Below, piece by piece: positions 48,922-58,588 of a stretch of 64,000 bases of DNA (the stretch's first letter is position 1; every line of letters starts with the position of its first letter). This DNA comes from Nitrospinales bacterium (GTDB taxonomy: Bacteria; Nitrospinota; Nitrospinia; Nitrospinales; VA-1). The position numbers and the translations under genes were made by a program. Where the stretch lies: contig CBDCXL010000002.1 of assembly GCA_965223795.1 (NCBI GenBank), positions 2,016,001-2,080,000 on the forward strand. Direction: 5' to 3'. The notes beneath the pieces were generated by a model. The model ran no database searches, was not told the DNA's origin, and saw only the letters and a list, made by a program, of their open reading frames with translations.

Positions 48922-49710
48922 TCATTCCTCACTCGGTTCCGGCGGATTGGGAGCGAGATGCAGCAGCTTGTCGATCTGCGCTTCCAGCTGATCCATGCGG
49001 GCGTCGACGGTGCCGAAATTCGATTCGACCACGCAGCCGCCGCGTTCGATGCCGGGATTTTCCTCGAAGGCGACGTTTTTGATCTCGCCGAACAGCGCCG
49101 CCAGTTCGGGACGGAATTTTTCCGCGTATTCCTTGTCTTTCGGGTTGACCTGGATGGTCATCGATTCCTTGTCGAGCACCGACTGCACCGCGAGGCGGAT
49201 CATTTCCTGGACGTTTTCCTCTTTGGTGGACAGCTCGACGTGGATGATTTTTTTCACCAGGGCCACGACCATTTCGATCATCTCTCGTTCCACTTTGGGA
49301 TACATGTTGTTGCGGAACGTGGACAATTCTTCGATCAGGCCTTGCAGGGTTTCGAGCAGGGGACCGCATTCCTCCCGGGCCTGGCTCTCGCCCTGGGCGA
49401 AGCCTTCGGCGTGTCCTTGCTCCCGCCCCTCCTGCTCGGCCTGCGTTTTGATTTCGGCGGCCTGGGTTTTGGCTTTTGCGTACGCGTCGCTCAGGATCTG
49501 CTTCACGCCTGTCCGGGCTTTTTTTATATTTTGCGGGTCGAGGTCGCGCGCTTCTTCAGAGTCGTAAACGAACCCGGTTTGACGCGGTCCTTTTTCTTCG
49601 TGCTCGAGAAAGGTGAATTTGACCGGTTCTCCCGAAGCGGGCTGGCCGGCGTTTTCGGGATCGCCGCCGGTGAACAGGCCGGGCTTGAAATCCGGAGCGG
49701 GCTCAGACAA
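48922..49710 (-). CDS. fliH: Flagellar assembly protein FliH
   Basis: GxxxG repeats, VNPKD, GGCVVES..GTVDA. Confidence 0.9.
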   Translation of the reverse strand: MSEPAPDFKPGLFTGGDPENAGQPASGEPVKFTFLEHEEKGPRQTGFVYDSEEARDLDPQNIKKARTGVKQILSDAYAKAKTQAAEIKTQAEQEGREQGHAEGFAQGESQAREECGPLLETLQGLIEELSTFRNNMYPKVEREMIEMVVALVKKIIHVELSTKEENVQEMIRLAVQSVLDKESMTIQVNPKDKEYAEKFRPELAALFGEIKNVAFEENPGIERGGCVVESNFGTVDARMDQLEAQIDKLLHLAPNPPEPSEE

Positions 49711-50713
49711 GTTCTTCGCCTCCCGCTCCGCCGACGGCCAGCTTGCCTTCCTCTTCGAGACGCTTGCAGACCGCCACGATTTTCTGCTGCGCCTTCTCGA
49801 CTTCGCTGATCTTGGTCGGACCCATGGATTCGAGGTCTTCCTTGAGCATCAGCCCCGCCCGTTCGGACATATTGTTGAACCATTTTTCCTTGAGGCCGTC
49901 GCTCGCGGTCTTGAGCGAGATCAGCAGATCCTCCTGGTTGATTTCCTTGAGGATCATCTGGATGCCGTGGTCGTCGATTTTGAGGATGTCCTCGTAGGTG
50001 AAGCGCAGGTTGCGGATTTCGTTGGCCATGTCCGGATCGACCTCGTCCATGGCGCTCAGGATCGACGATTCGGTGGCCCTGTCGAGCGACCCCATGATCT
50101 GCGCGGCGTTTTCCAGCCCGCCGAGCTTGCTGCCGGACACCGCGCCGGAAGCGCGGAATTCGTGCTGCAGCGCTTCGTCCAGCTCGCGGATGATGTGCGG
50201 CGACACGCGCTCCAGCGACGCGAGGCGGTGTACGATTTCCATGCGGTGTTCTTCGGGCAGCTCGCGGATGGTCTGGCTGGCGATCTGGGGTTCCAGGTGC
50301 GCCATGACGATGGCGGCGGTCTGCGGATGCTCGCTGGCCAGAAAGGAGGCGATGGTCCTCGGTTCGAGCATGCGCACGGTCTCCAGGCCGCCGCCGATCT
50401 CCTCACCGGGCGTGGTGATGTTGTTGAGGATTTCGGTGGCCTTGTTGGGATCGAGGGCTTTCATCAGCGTGGTTTTCAAAAATTCCATGCCGCCGATGCC
50501 CAATCCGCCGGTGCCCGCTTCCACGCTGTCGAAAAATTCCTTGGTGACGTTGTCCATCACCACGGTGTCGACGTCTCCCAGGGAGGACATGTAGTTGCCG
50601 ATGATCTGGATTTCCCGCTCGTCCATGTTGGCGAGCACCGCGGCGGCGTTTTCCTCGCCCAGGGACATGAGCAGGATGGCGGCCTTTTCCGGTCCGGTGT
50701 ACTTGGTGGTCAT
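49703..50713 (-). CDS. fliG: Flagellar motor switch protein FliG
   Basis: KAAILLMSLG, EHPQT, FTYEDI, NMSERA. Confidence 0.96.
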   Translation of the reverse strand: MTTKYTGPEKAAILLMSLGEENAAAVLANMDEREIQIIGNYMSSLGDVDTVVMDNVTKEFFDSVEAGTGGLGIGGMEFLKTTLMKALDPNKATEILNNITTPGEEIGGGLETVRMLEPRTIASFLASEHPQTAAIVMAHLEPQIASQTIRELPEEHRMEIVHRLASLERVSPHIIRELDEALQHEFRASGAVSGSKLGGLENAAQIMGSLDRATESSILSAMDEVDPDMANEIRNLRFTYEDILKIDDHGIQMILKEINQEDLLISLKTASDGLKEKWFNNMSERAGLMLKEDLESMGPTKISEVEKAQQKIVAVCKRLEEEGKLAVGGAGGEELV

Positions 50714-50757
50714 GCCGATGCCTCAATCGATGTGAATGACTGCGGATTCCTTTGCGA

Positions 50758-52350
50758 TCAGGTCGCCGGTCCCTTGTCGCGCATCCATTTGCGGATCACC
50801 CCGGCGGTGAACTTGGGATCGTTGGCGACGAATTCGGAGACCGCCTGCTTGATCTGCGCGGACTCGTTCGCCACTTCTCCCAGGCGTTTTTTCTCCTCTT
50901 CGATGGCGTCCATTTCTGCGGCGGTCAGCTGCGCCTGCGGGTCGGGGACCACTTCCATCGACGTGGTCATCCAGTTGATGAGCGGGCGGATGACGCGGGT
51001 GAAGAACAGCAGGATGAACAGGGCGCCGAGGACGTATTTCGCGATCTGAAACGCGAGGTCCATGGTCTCGGCTTTGGCGATGCGTTTTTCCTCGTCCATC
51101 ACCAGCGAGCGGTCGAACTGGACGTTCTCAACCTGGATCTGGTCGCCGCGTTTTTCATCGAAGCCGACGGCGGACTGCACGATCTGCAGGTACTTGGCCA
51201 TTTCCTCGTCGGTGCGGGCCTGGTAGGCGGGCGGCTCGCCGGCCATTGTGCCGTCGATCAGAACGGCGACCGAGAGTTTTTTGATCGAACCCACCGGCCT
51301 TGAGATCGAGCGCACGACTTTGTTGATCTCGTAATTGAAGGTGTTGTTTTCTTTCTCGCGTTTGGCGGCCTGGCCGGAGGCCGCGCCGGGGCTGCCGCCG
51401 CCTGGAACCAGACTCTGTGCGCCGGGAACGCCGCCGGGAGGCAGGGCCCCCAGGGTCGATTCGGTCACCAGCTGCTCGCTGCGCACCACCTGGGAATCGG
51501 GATCGAAGATTTCTTCGGTGCGGTCGATTTTTTCAAAATCCAGATCGGCGTTGACCTGGGCGATAACCTTGCCCTTGCCGAGCGCGTTTTCCAGCATCTT
51601 GACGATGTCCTGCTGCAACTGGTTTTCCACGCGCAGCTTGTGCTGGTAGTTGCTGGACGCCCTCAGGGTGGTCGAGGCGCCTTCCTTGCCGCCGGAAAGG
51701 ATGTTGCCCTTGAGATCCACGACCACCACGTCACGGGCGTCGATCCCCTCCACACTGGCGGACACCAGGTGCACGATCCCCTGGGCCTGTTCTTTGGTGA
51801 GGGACTTTCCGGGCTTGACTTTGATGGTGACGGAGGCCTTGCCGCGCGGCTTTTCTTTTAAAAATAACGTGTCCTTGGGAATGACGAGGTGGACCCGGGC
51901 CTGATCGACGGCGTCCAGGGTCTTGATGGTGCGCGCCAGTTCGCCCTGCAGGGCGCGCTGGAAGTTGAGCTTCTGGATGAAATCGGTCATGCCGAGGGCA
52001 GTTTCCTCGAACATTTCCAGACCCACTTCGCCGCCTTCGGGCAGTCCTTCCGCCGCCAGCTGCAGCCGGAGCTCGTGCATCTGGGACGCCGGGACGCGGA
52101 TGGTCTGGCCGCCTTCGGAGAGCTGGTAGGGAATTTTCTGGGCTTTGAGACGCTCGACGATCTTCGCCGCGTCCTCCGGCGTCAACCGGGCGTACAGCAG
52201 CTGGTAATCGGGCGCCCTGAACCACAGGCTCATTGCGATCAGCGAGGCGATGCCCGCGCCGACAAGCGCCATGACAGCCACCTTCTGCCCCTGGGACATT
52301 TCCTGGAAGCGTTCGGACAACTGTCTGAAAAATGCGGTGAGTGTTTCCAT
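50758..52350 (-). CDS. fliF: Flagellar MS-ring protein FliF
   Basis: RALQGELARTI, ARVHLVIP, NYEINK, LSVAVLIDG, GFDEKRGD. Confidence 0.96.
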   Translation of the reverse strand: METLTAFFRQLSERFQEMSQGQKVAVMALVGAGIASLIAMSLWFRAPDYQLLYARLTPEDAAKIVERLKAQKIPYQLSEGGQTIRVPASQMHELRLQLAAEGLPEGGEVGLEMFEETALGMTDFIQKLNFQRALQGELARTIKTLDAVDQARVHLVIPKDTLFLKEKPRGKASVTIKVKPGKSLTKEQAQGIVHLVSASVEGIDARDVVVVDLKGNILSGGKEGASTTLRASSNYQHKLRVENQLQQDIVKMLENALGKGKVIAQVNADLDFEKIDRTEEIFDPDSQVVRSEQLVTESTLGALPPGGVPGAQSLVPGGGSPGAASGQAAKREKENNTFNYEINKVVRSISRPVGSIKKLSVAVLIDGTMAGEPPAYQARTDEEMAKYLQIVQSAVGFDEKRGDQIQVENVQFDRSLVMDEEKRIAKAETMDLAFQIAKYVLGALFILLFFTRVIRPLINWMTTSMEVVPDPQAQLTAAEMDAIEEEKKRLGEVANESAQIKQAVSEFVANDPKFTAGVIRKWMRDKGPAT

Positions 52351-52420
52351 GCGTTCTCTTCAATGCACCAGCACCCCGCACTCAGAGCGGGGCGTTTTGC
52401 GCGTTGCTGTCAGCCGGGTG

Positions 52421-52858
52421 TCAGCGTCCCAGTTCGATGGCCCGGAGCGCCATGGATTTCGCCGCGTTCATGGCGGTGATGTTGGCCTCGAACGAACGGG
52501 TGGCGGTGACCATGTCCACGATTTCACTGATGGCGTCGACGTTGGGCAGCTGCAGGTAACCCTGGGCGTCGGCGTCGGGATGGTTGGGTTTGAAAACGGT
52601 CCGCGGATCCTGGGTGTCGCGCACCACGTTGGTGACGAGCACCTGCTGCAGGCTGTCCCCCAGTTCGCTTTTCAGCACCGAGGCGAAGTCGTCCTCCATG
52701 GGAAGGGCGGAGACGACGACGTCTTTTCTCCGGTAGGGCCCCCCTTCCGCGGTGCGGGTGGTTTCCACGTTCGCCAGGTTGCTGGCGATGGTTTCCATCC
52801 GGTGGCGCTGCACGTTCAATCCGGATGCGCTGATCTTCATCGACGTCAAAAAATCCAT
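52421..52858 (-). CDS. flgC: Flagellar basal-body rod protein FlgC
   Basis: ISASGL..QRHRM..IASNLANVETT, PYRRK, PNHPDAD, PNV, RSFEAN. Confidence 0.96.
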   Translation of the reverse strand: MDFLTSMKISASGLNVQRHRMETIASNLANVETTRTAEGGPYRRKDVVVSALPMEDDFASVLKSELGDSLQQVLVTNVVRDTQDPRTVFKPNHPDADAQGYLQLPNVDAISEIVDMVTATRSFEANITAMNAAKSMALRAIELGR

Positions 52859-52940
52859 GGTCTCTCCGTCTCGAAAATGGGAATCGGGTAAAGAAATCAA
52901 AACCCGGCGCAAACTGCGGCAAAAGACTTAAAAATTAAAA

Positions 52941-52955
52941 GCAAGTTCTATACCA
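52941..52955 (-). promoter_or_regulatory. sigma54 (-24/-12) promoter for flgC-fliFGHIJ
   Basis: Minus strand TGGTATAGAACTTGC (GG-N10-GC). Confidence 0.8.
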
Positions 52956-53089
52956 AAGCCAGTCCATCCGGCGATGTCACAAAGCCCTGTGGCGGAGGTT
53001 TAAGCTTAATGTAATCAACGGCTTTTTGGAGGGGCGCCGCGGTCCGGATTTTCAGGATGATGGATTTGGGCGGCGGGTGTGAAAAAACT

Positions 53090-53103
53090 GTCAGGGATTT
53101 GAC
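53090..53103. promoter_or_regulatory. Candidate sigma54-activator binding site (GTCA-N6-TGAC)
   Basis: gtcagggatttgac, about 135-150 bp upstream of the sigma54 promoter; IHF-like aatcaacggcttt at 53013-53025 lies between them. Confidence 0.6.
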
Positions 53104-53132
53104 GATTAGGCAAAATTTGCACCGGTTGCGGA

Positions 53133-54509
53133 TCAGGTTGCGGATTTTTTGTGCTGGTATTCGGTGAGTTTGTTGCGCAGGGTGCGGATGCTGATGCCCA
53201 GGGATTCGGCGGCGCGGGTCTTGTTGCCGTTGACTTCCTGCAGTGTCTGTAAAATAAGCTCTTTTTCCATATCGTAGATGGTGCCACGCAGTTTGGTGAC
53301 GGGCCCTGCGTCGCGGACGGGATCGCTTTCCTCTTCGAAAAACAGGTTGGCGGGTTTTAAGGTGTCCTCTTTGCACAACAGCACGGCGCGTTCGATGATG
53401 TTGCCGAGTTCACGGACGTTGCCGGGCCAGTGGTATTTTTTCAGCAGGGCGAGCGTAGCATCGTCGATGCCGTGGATTGTCTTGTTGTTGTCCTGGCAAT
53501 GCTCGCCAAGAAAATGTTCCGCGAGAAGCGGAATGTCCTCGGGGCGCTCGCGCAGGGGCAGCAGTTTGACGGGAATCACGTTCAGCCGGAAATACAAATC
53601 CTCGCGAAACTGGTTTTCCTTGATCCTCTGCTTGATGTCGCGGTTGGTGGTGGCGATCACGCGCACGTCCACCGGAATCGGTTCCTTGCCGCCCACCTTG
53701 TCGATCTCGTGTTCCTGCAGCACACGCAACAGCTTGGCCTGAAGCGGCAGGCTCATCTCGGTCACTTCATCGAGCAGCAGGGTGCCTCTGCCCGCAAGCT
53801 CGAACTTTCCCTCTTTGCGGTAATCGGCGCCGGTGAAGGCGCCTTTTTCGTGGCCGAACATTTCGGTTTCCAACAGCCCTTCGGGCAGGGCGGCGCAGTT
53901 GATGGGCATGAAGGGCTTGTCGGAGCGCGGACTGCACTGATGGATGTAGCGGGCGATCAGTTCCTTGCCGGTTCCGGTCTCGCCCATGATGAGGACGGTG
54001 GACTTGCTGTAGGCGATGTTTTCGACGAACTTGAGAAGCTCCTGCATCTCGGGATTCTGGGTGAGGATGCGGCGTTTTTCCACCGGCTTGGCGCTGGCGG
54101 CCTCGGCCGGAAGCGGGCTGGCGGGAAGCACGGCGTCGCCCATGAAGGCGCGGTTGACGGTGGAGATGAGGATGTCGGCGGAGAAGGGCTTGAGCAGGTA
54201 GTCGAACGCGCCCATCTTCATGGTTTCGACGGCGTTGTCGATGTCGCCGTAAGCGGTCATCATGATGACCGCGGTTTCCGGCGCCCGCTGTTTGATCTCG
54301 CGCAGCAGGTTCACGCCGTCGAGACGGGGCATGCGCACATCGGAGATCACAAGATCGAAGGAGCCGTTTTTGAATTTCTCCAGCGCCTCGGCGCCGTCCT
54401 CGGCGGACACATAGGGGTAGCCTTCGCGTTTCAGAGTGGTCTCGAGGGCGACGCGCATTTCGCTTTCGTCGTCCACGATCAGGATGGATTTGTTGGCGTT
54501 AGTTTTCAT
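53133..54509 (-). CDS. sigma54-dependent response regulator (FleR/FlrC-like)
   Basis: Receiver, GETGTGKE, GAFTGA, WPGNVREL, Fis-type HTH LGISIRTLRNKL. Confidence 0.92.
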   Translation of the reverse strand: MKTNANKSILIVDDESEMRVALETTLKREGYPYVSAEDGAEALEKFKNGSFDLVISDVRMPRLDGVNLLREIKQRAPETAVIMMTAYGDIDNAVETMKMGAFDYLLKPFSADILISTVNRAFMGDAVLPASPLPAEAASAKPVEKRRILTQNPEMQELLKFVENIAYSKSTVLIMGETGTGKELIARYIHQCSPRSDKPFMPINCAALPEGLLETEMFGHEKGAFTGADYRKEGKFELAGRGTLLLDEVTEMSLPLQAKLLRVLQEHEIDKVGGKEPIPVDVRVIATTNRDIKQRIKENQFREDLYFRLNVIPVKLLPLRERPEDIPLLAEHFLGEHCQDNNKTIHGIDDATLALLKKYHWPGNVRELGNIIERAVLLCKEDTLKPANLFFEEESDPVRDAGPVTKLRGTIYDMEKELILQTLQEVNGNKTRAAESLGISIRTLRNKLTEYQHKKSAT

Positions 54510-55767
54510 CCAGTTCGTCGTCCCAGGATGGCAGCTTCACGGTGAACGTGGTGCCGCGTCCTTCTTCGCTGTCCGCATCGATCGTTCCCTGGTGGGCCTT
54601 GATGATGTTGTGGGAAATGGAGAGGCCGAGGCCGGTCCCTTTTTCCTTGGTGGTGAAGAAGGGGTTGAAGATTTTCATGAGGTGATGGGAGGGGATGCCG
54701 CCGCCGGTGTCGGTGACGGTGATGGTGATGAACTGACGGTGGTCCTCTCCGGAGCTTTTGCCCTGCTGTGTGGCCAGTGTCAGCTCGCCGCCCTGCGGCA
54801 TGGATTGAATGCCGTTGCGGATGAGATTGAGGAACACCTGTTTCAGCAATTCCTTGTCGCCGCAGACCAGCAGGTCTTCGGGGCTGAAATCCGGAACGAT
54901 GGTGACGTTTTCGGGAACGGTCAATGCGGATGTGTCGTTGAGCAGGTTTTCGATGAGCTCTTTGGCGTTGCACTTCTGCCTGGACGGGCGCGGGGATTTG
55001 GCGAACAGCAGCAGCGCGGAGATGATGCGGTCCATGTTCTTGACGCCGGACTGAATGTGCTCGACGAGGTGCTTTTTTTCTGCGTCGTGGGCGAGATCCT
55101 TTTTCAGCAGCGACGCGAACAGCTCGATGCCTCCCAATGGATTGCGGATCTCATGGGCGATGCCCGCCGCCATCTCTCCCATGGCACGAAGCCGCTGATT
55201 TCTCTGGGCCTCAAACTCGAGACGGCGGACTTCGCTGAGATCCTGCAGGATCAAAACGGTGCCGATCGGCGTTTCGCTGGGGTCGAGGACGAACGAAGCG
55301 GAGGCGCGGATGTGCACGGGCCGGTCGCCTTTGCCGGGGATGTCCCGCTCCAGGCTGAGCGGGCCGTTTCCGGTCTTACCCAGCCGCTGGATCATGTTCT
55401 CGAACAGGTCGTGCGAAAATACGGTTTTCAGGGGTCGGCCCAGGCAGGCGTCCGGCGATTTTCCGGTGATGGCGCCCGCGGTTTTGTTGAAGGTGGTGAT
55501 GCGTTCGTCCACGTCCACCACGATGACGCCGGTGGTGAGGCTTTCCAGGATGTTGTGCAGGTAGTTTTTGACTTCCTCTTTTTCCTTGAGATTTTTTTCC
55601 AGGGCTTCGTTCTTTTTGGCCAGCTCCAGATCCAGCGCTTTCACACGTTCCTTGAGGTTGTTGTAGGAGTCCTGAAGCTGCTGCGTGGCTTCGTTGAACG
55701 CCTGAAACGCCTGGCTTAATATTTCAACTTCTTCTTTGGATTTGTTTCCCTGGCGGGGTTCGTTCAT
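54499..55767 (-). CDS. Cytoplasmic PAS histidine kinase (FleS/FlrB-like)
   Basis: AF..FNEATQQLQDSY, GEMAAGIAHEIRNPLGGIELF, PFFTTKEKGTGLGL. Confidence 0.9.
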   Translation of the reverse strand: MNEPRQGNKSKEEVEILSQAFQAFNEATQQLQDSYNNLKERVKALDLELAKKNEALEKNLKEKEEVKNYLHNILESLTTGVIVVDVDERITTFNKTAGAITGKSPDACLGRPLKTVFSHDLFENMIQRLGKTGNGPLSLERDIPGKGDRPVHIRASASFVLDPSETPIGTVLILQDLSEVRRLEFEAQRNQRLRAMGEMAAGIAHEIRNPLGGIELFASLLKKDLAHDAEKKHLVEHIQSGVKNMDRIISALLLFAKSPRPSRQKCNAKELIENLLNDTSALTVPENVTIVPDFSPEDLLVCGDKELLKQVFLNLIRNGIQSMPQGGELTLATQQGKSSGEDHRQFITITVTDTGGGIPSHHLMKIFNPFFTTKEKGTGLGLSISHNIIKAHQGTIDADSEEGRGTTFTVKLPSWDDELDEN

Positions 55768-55822
55768 TGAAAAAAAACACAAGGTGAGAGGTGGGACGAT
55801 CCGGCGAACTCATTATAGAGGA

Positions 55823-58363
55823 TCAGAGGCTTTCTTTAAATTCTTTTTCCCAGTTCAGCACGCGCAGTTTGGATTCGGCGGCCTGTTTGATGAGCCGGTC
55901 GGTGTCTCCGGACTGAATCATTGTGTTCAACTTGTCGTTGAGTCTGGGAGTGTCTTTCATCTCCTGGTAGATGACGGCCAGCAGGTAGTCCGCCCAGTCG
56001 CGCAGGGAATGCTCGGGAAACAGGTTGCGCGCCGATTCCAGGGCGCGGGCGGCCTGCGGATAGCGTTTCATCTGATAGAGCGCGATGCCCATGCGGTAGT
56101 GGGCGCGGCGGATGTGCGCGGGGACGAACTTGGCGGTGCGGTCGAACGCGTTGATCGCTTTGAGGTAATGGCGCACGGCTTTGGGGAGGTCGTTCAGGCT
56201 GTAGTGCGTCTCGGCGATCAGGTACTGGGTTTCATGGGCGCCGCCTTTTTCCTTGAGCGCCAGCTGCTGGTACACTCTCAGGGCTTTTTTGTACTGCTTC
56301 CTCCCCGCGTGCGACTGCGCCAAAAGCTTCATGGCGGTGGCGATTCGCGGGCTTGAAGGATAGTTTCTGGTGAAAGATTTGGCGATCAGTTCCGCTTCGT
56401 CGTAATTTTTCTGTTCCAGGTGGATGCGGCCGAGGTTGAGAAAAATCCGGTCGCGGTAGAGTTTTCTCGAATCCAGCTCGCGGATGCGTTCGTAAAATTT
56501 CAGCGCCTGCGGATACATGCCGATCGCCTGATAGGCTTCGCCGATCTGCAGCAGGGTTTTCGTGTTGTTGACTTCGCCGAGAGACAGGCTGACAAAGTCG
56601 CTGTACGAGTACAGGATCGGCAGCACGCCGCCCTGCCGGGAATACTTGTCCACCAGGAACACCAGGGTCTGCTTGATGTATTTCTGCGCGCGCGCGTGAA
56701 ACTCGGTGTCCGGACCCATCGGCAACAGTTTTTTGAATTCCGCCAGCGCCTTGAGATAGCTCTGTTCCTTAAGATGGGCGATGCCGCGGCTCAGCGTCGC
56801 CTCGGCGAGGATGTTCACGTCTTTCGCCTGTTTGAAAACCGCGTCGTAGGTTTCAAACGGCTGGTAATAGGGACTGGAGTCGTAGATGATCTCCTGCACC
56901 TTGAGCCGGGGATCGAGGATGCCGATGTCGGCCATGCGGATTTTGCCGTACTGGGCGGCGGCGCTTCCCGGGTTGCGCTTGGCGGACTCATCGAACACGG
57001 CGATCGCGTTCAGGTACTGGCGCTCGATCAGGTAGGAATCGCCGATCAGGTTGAGGGCCCGGTGCGACTGGGGCCCGTCGGGATCCAGGTTGATCAGGCT
57101 GAAGAAATGCTCGCGCGCCGGCGCGTAGCGTTTCTCACGGTAATAAATGTCGCCCATGTTGAAATGGATCCTGGGATTGTTGTTGAGTTCCGTGGGCCAG
57201 CGCTTTTCACCGTCCTCATAGATTTCGAGAGCGCGGCGGTGGTTGCCGGTTTCGTAGTAATGCTCGGCGATCTGAAAGATGGCGGAGCGCGCCTCGATGT
57301 TCTTGGGGGACTTGATCAATAGCCGTTTGAAGGCGGCGTGGGCTTCCTCGTAACGGCCTTCCTTGAGCATCATCTGGGCGAGGTTGAATTTCCGGGACGG
57401 CGTGTACGGGCTGTTGGGCTGTTCCTTGAGCACGTTCTCGTAGATCGTTTTGGCTTCGAGGATGAATCCCATTTCGGCATAGATGAACGCGATTTTATCG
57501 GTCGCATGCGACGCGAAGGGCGATTTGGGAAACTGCCGGATCGCCTTTTTGTAGGCGGTGAGCGCTTCCTCGTAAATGGGATTGGGTTCGCGGAACGCAA
57601 CCTGAAATTTCGCCTCCGCATTCAGGAACACGATGTGGTCCAGGTACTTGCTGTCGGGAAAACGGTCCATAAAGGCTTCGAACAACTTGAGGGCTTCCGG
57701 ATAGTTGCGGTCCTGAAAGACCTTGAGGGCGGCCTCGTATTCATCCCGCCCGCTGACCAGCCGGTCCTCGACGTTCTGGCGGTTCAGCTCGCGCAGCCGT
57801 GAAGTCGTCATGCCGGCGATGGAGGGCTTCCTTCCCGGCCGCGCCGGCGCCTCCGGTGCGATGCGTCTGGCGGTGGGCTCCGGCTGTGAAACCTGCCGCC
57901 CGGAACCGGAGTTGCCGATTTCGGTCTGAATGACGGGTTTTTTCTCCGCTTTCAAATCGACGACGATGCGCGATTGTTCCGCATCTAAAAAATGAAAAAA
58001 ACGGGTGTTGGTTGTTTTGAGATGAAAGACAATGTCCAGGGTGTCCTTGCCGGTGCGGACCTGGATCTTTTCCAGGTTGCGGTCCTTGAACGCCCGCGAG
58101 CGCACTTCGGGACCGACGCGCACCTGATTCAGGATCAGGGTGATTCGTTTTCTGATAAAATTCGCTTCCACTTTGTAGTTGGCGGGCTCGGTCAATTGAA
58201 TGATGATGCGCGTGTATTCCGGGTGAGGGCCGATGCGGACCTTCTCCACGCGGGGCAGACCCGCCGCGCCGGAGGGCAGGGACAGGAGCGCCGCGGTCAG
58301 CAGGAGTGCGATGCCGCCGAGGATGACTTTGGATTGGAATATGGATTTTGTTTTCACGGTCAC
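55823..58363 (-). CDS. Exported multi-TPR protein with AMIN-like N-terminal domain
   Basis: Signal or TM segment, VRIGPHPEYTRIII, many TPR repeats; first gene of the flagellar block. Confidence 0.82.
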   Translation of the reverse strand: MTVKTKSIFQSKVILGGIALLLTAALLSLPSGAAGLPRVEKVRIGPHPEYTRIIIQLTEPANYKVEANFIRKRITLILNQVRVGPEVRSRAFKDRNLEKIQVRTGKDTLDIVFHLKTTNTRFFHFLDAEQSRIVVDLKAEKKPVIQTEIGNSGSGRQVSQPEPTARRIAPEAPARPGRKPSIAGMTTSRLRELNRQNVEDRLVSGRDEYEAALKVFQDRNYPEALKLFEAFMDRFPDSKYLDHIVFLNAEAKFQVAFREPNPIYEEALTAYKKAIRQFPKSPFASHATDKIAFIYAEMGFILEAKTIYENVLKEQPNSPYTPSRKFNLAQMMLKEGRYEEAHAAFKRLLIKSPKNIEARSAIFQIAEHYYETGNHRRALEIYEDGEKRWPTELNNNPRIHFNMGDIYYREKRYAPAREHFFSLINLDPDGPQSHRALNLIGDSYLIERQYLNAIAVFDESAKRNPGSAAAQYGKIRMADIGILDPRLKVQEIIYDSSPYYQPFETYDAVFKQAKDVNILAEATLSRGIAHLKEQSYLKALAEFKKLLPMGPDTEFHARAQKYIKQTLVFLVDKYSRQGGVLPILYSYSDFVSLSLGEVNNTKTLLQIGEAYQAIGMYPQALKFYERIRELDSRKLYRDRIFLNLGRIHLEQKNYDEAELIAKSFTRNYPSSPRIATAMKLLAQSHAGRKQYKKALRVYQQLALKEKGGAHETQYLIAETHYSLNDLPKAVRHYLKAINAFDRTAKFVPAHIRRAHYRMGIALYQMKRYPQAARALESARNLFPEHSLRDWADYLLAVIYQEMKDTPRLNDKLNTMIQSGDTDRLIKQAAESKLRVLNWEKEFKESL

Positions 58364-58398
58364 CGATGCGCCTGGACAAAGTACACAATTTAATTAAA

Positions 58399-58413
58399 GC
58401 AAATTCCATACCG
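58399..58413 (-). promoter_or_regulatory. sigma54 promoter for TPR-fleS-fleR
   Basis: Minus strand CGGTATGGAATTTGC (GG-N10-GC). Confidence 0.7.
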
Positions 58414-58423
58414 GGATTGCCAA

Positions 58424-58450
58424 TCAATTCCAGGGTGCTTAAGCCGATGA
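58424..58450 (+). promoter_or_regulatory. sigma28 (FliA)-type promoter upstream of the diguanylate cyclase
   Basis: TCAA, 15 bp, GCCGATGA. Confidence 0.6.
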
Positions 58451-58572
58451 AAACGGGACCGTTAACTCGTTTCTTTCCTTGTGCAAACGCTTAAGGTGTT
58501 GAATAATAACAAGGCGTGGATATTTTTAAGGAAATATGACGAGGAAAATGCCGTTACTTTGAACGATGCGAT

Positions 58573-58586
58573 GTCATAATTTTGAC
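58573..58586. promoter_or_regulatory. Candidate sigma54-activator binding site (GTCA-N6-TGAC)
   Basis: gtcataattttgac, about 160-175 bp upstream of the second sigma54 promoter. Confidence 0.6.
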
Positions 58587-58588
58587 TG

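Noticed and set aside
52859..53132. flgB pseudogene or c-di-GMP riboswitch in the flgC leader
   Set aside because: No FlgB-like translation and no GEMM consensus; the region is accounted for by sigma54, IHF-like and activator sites
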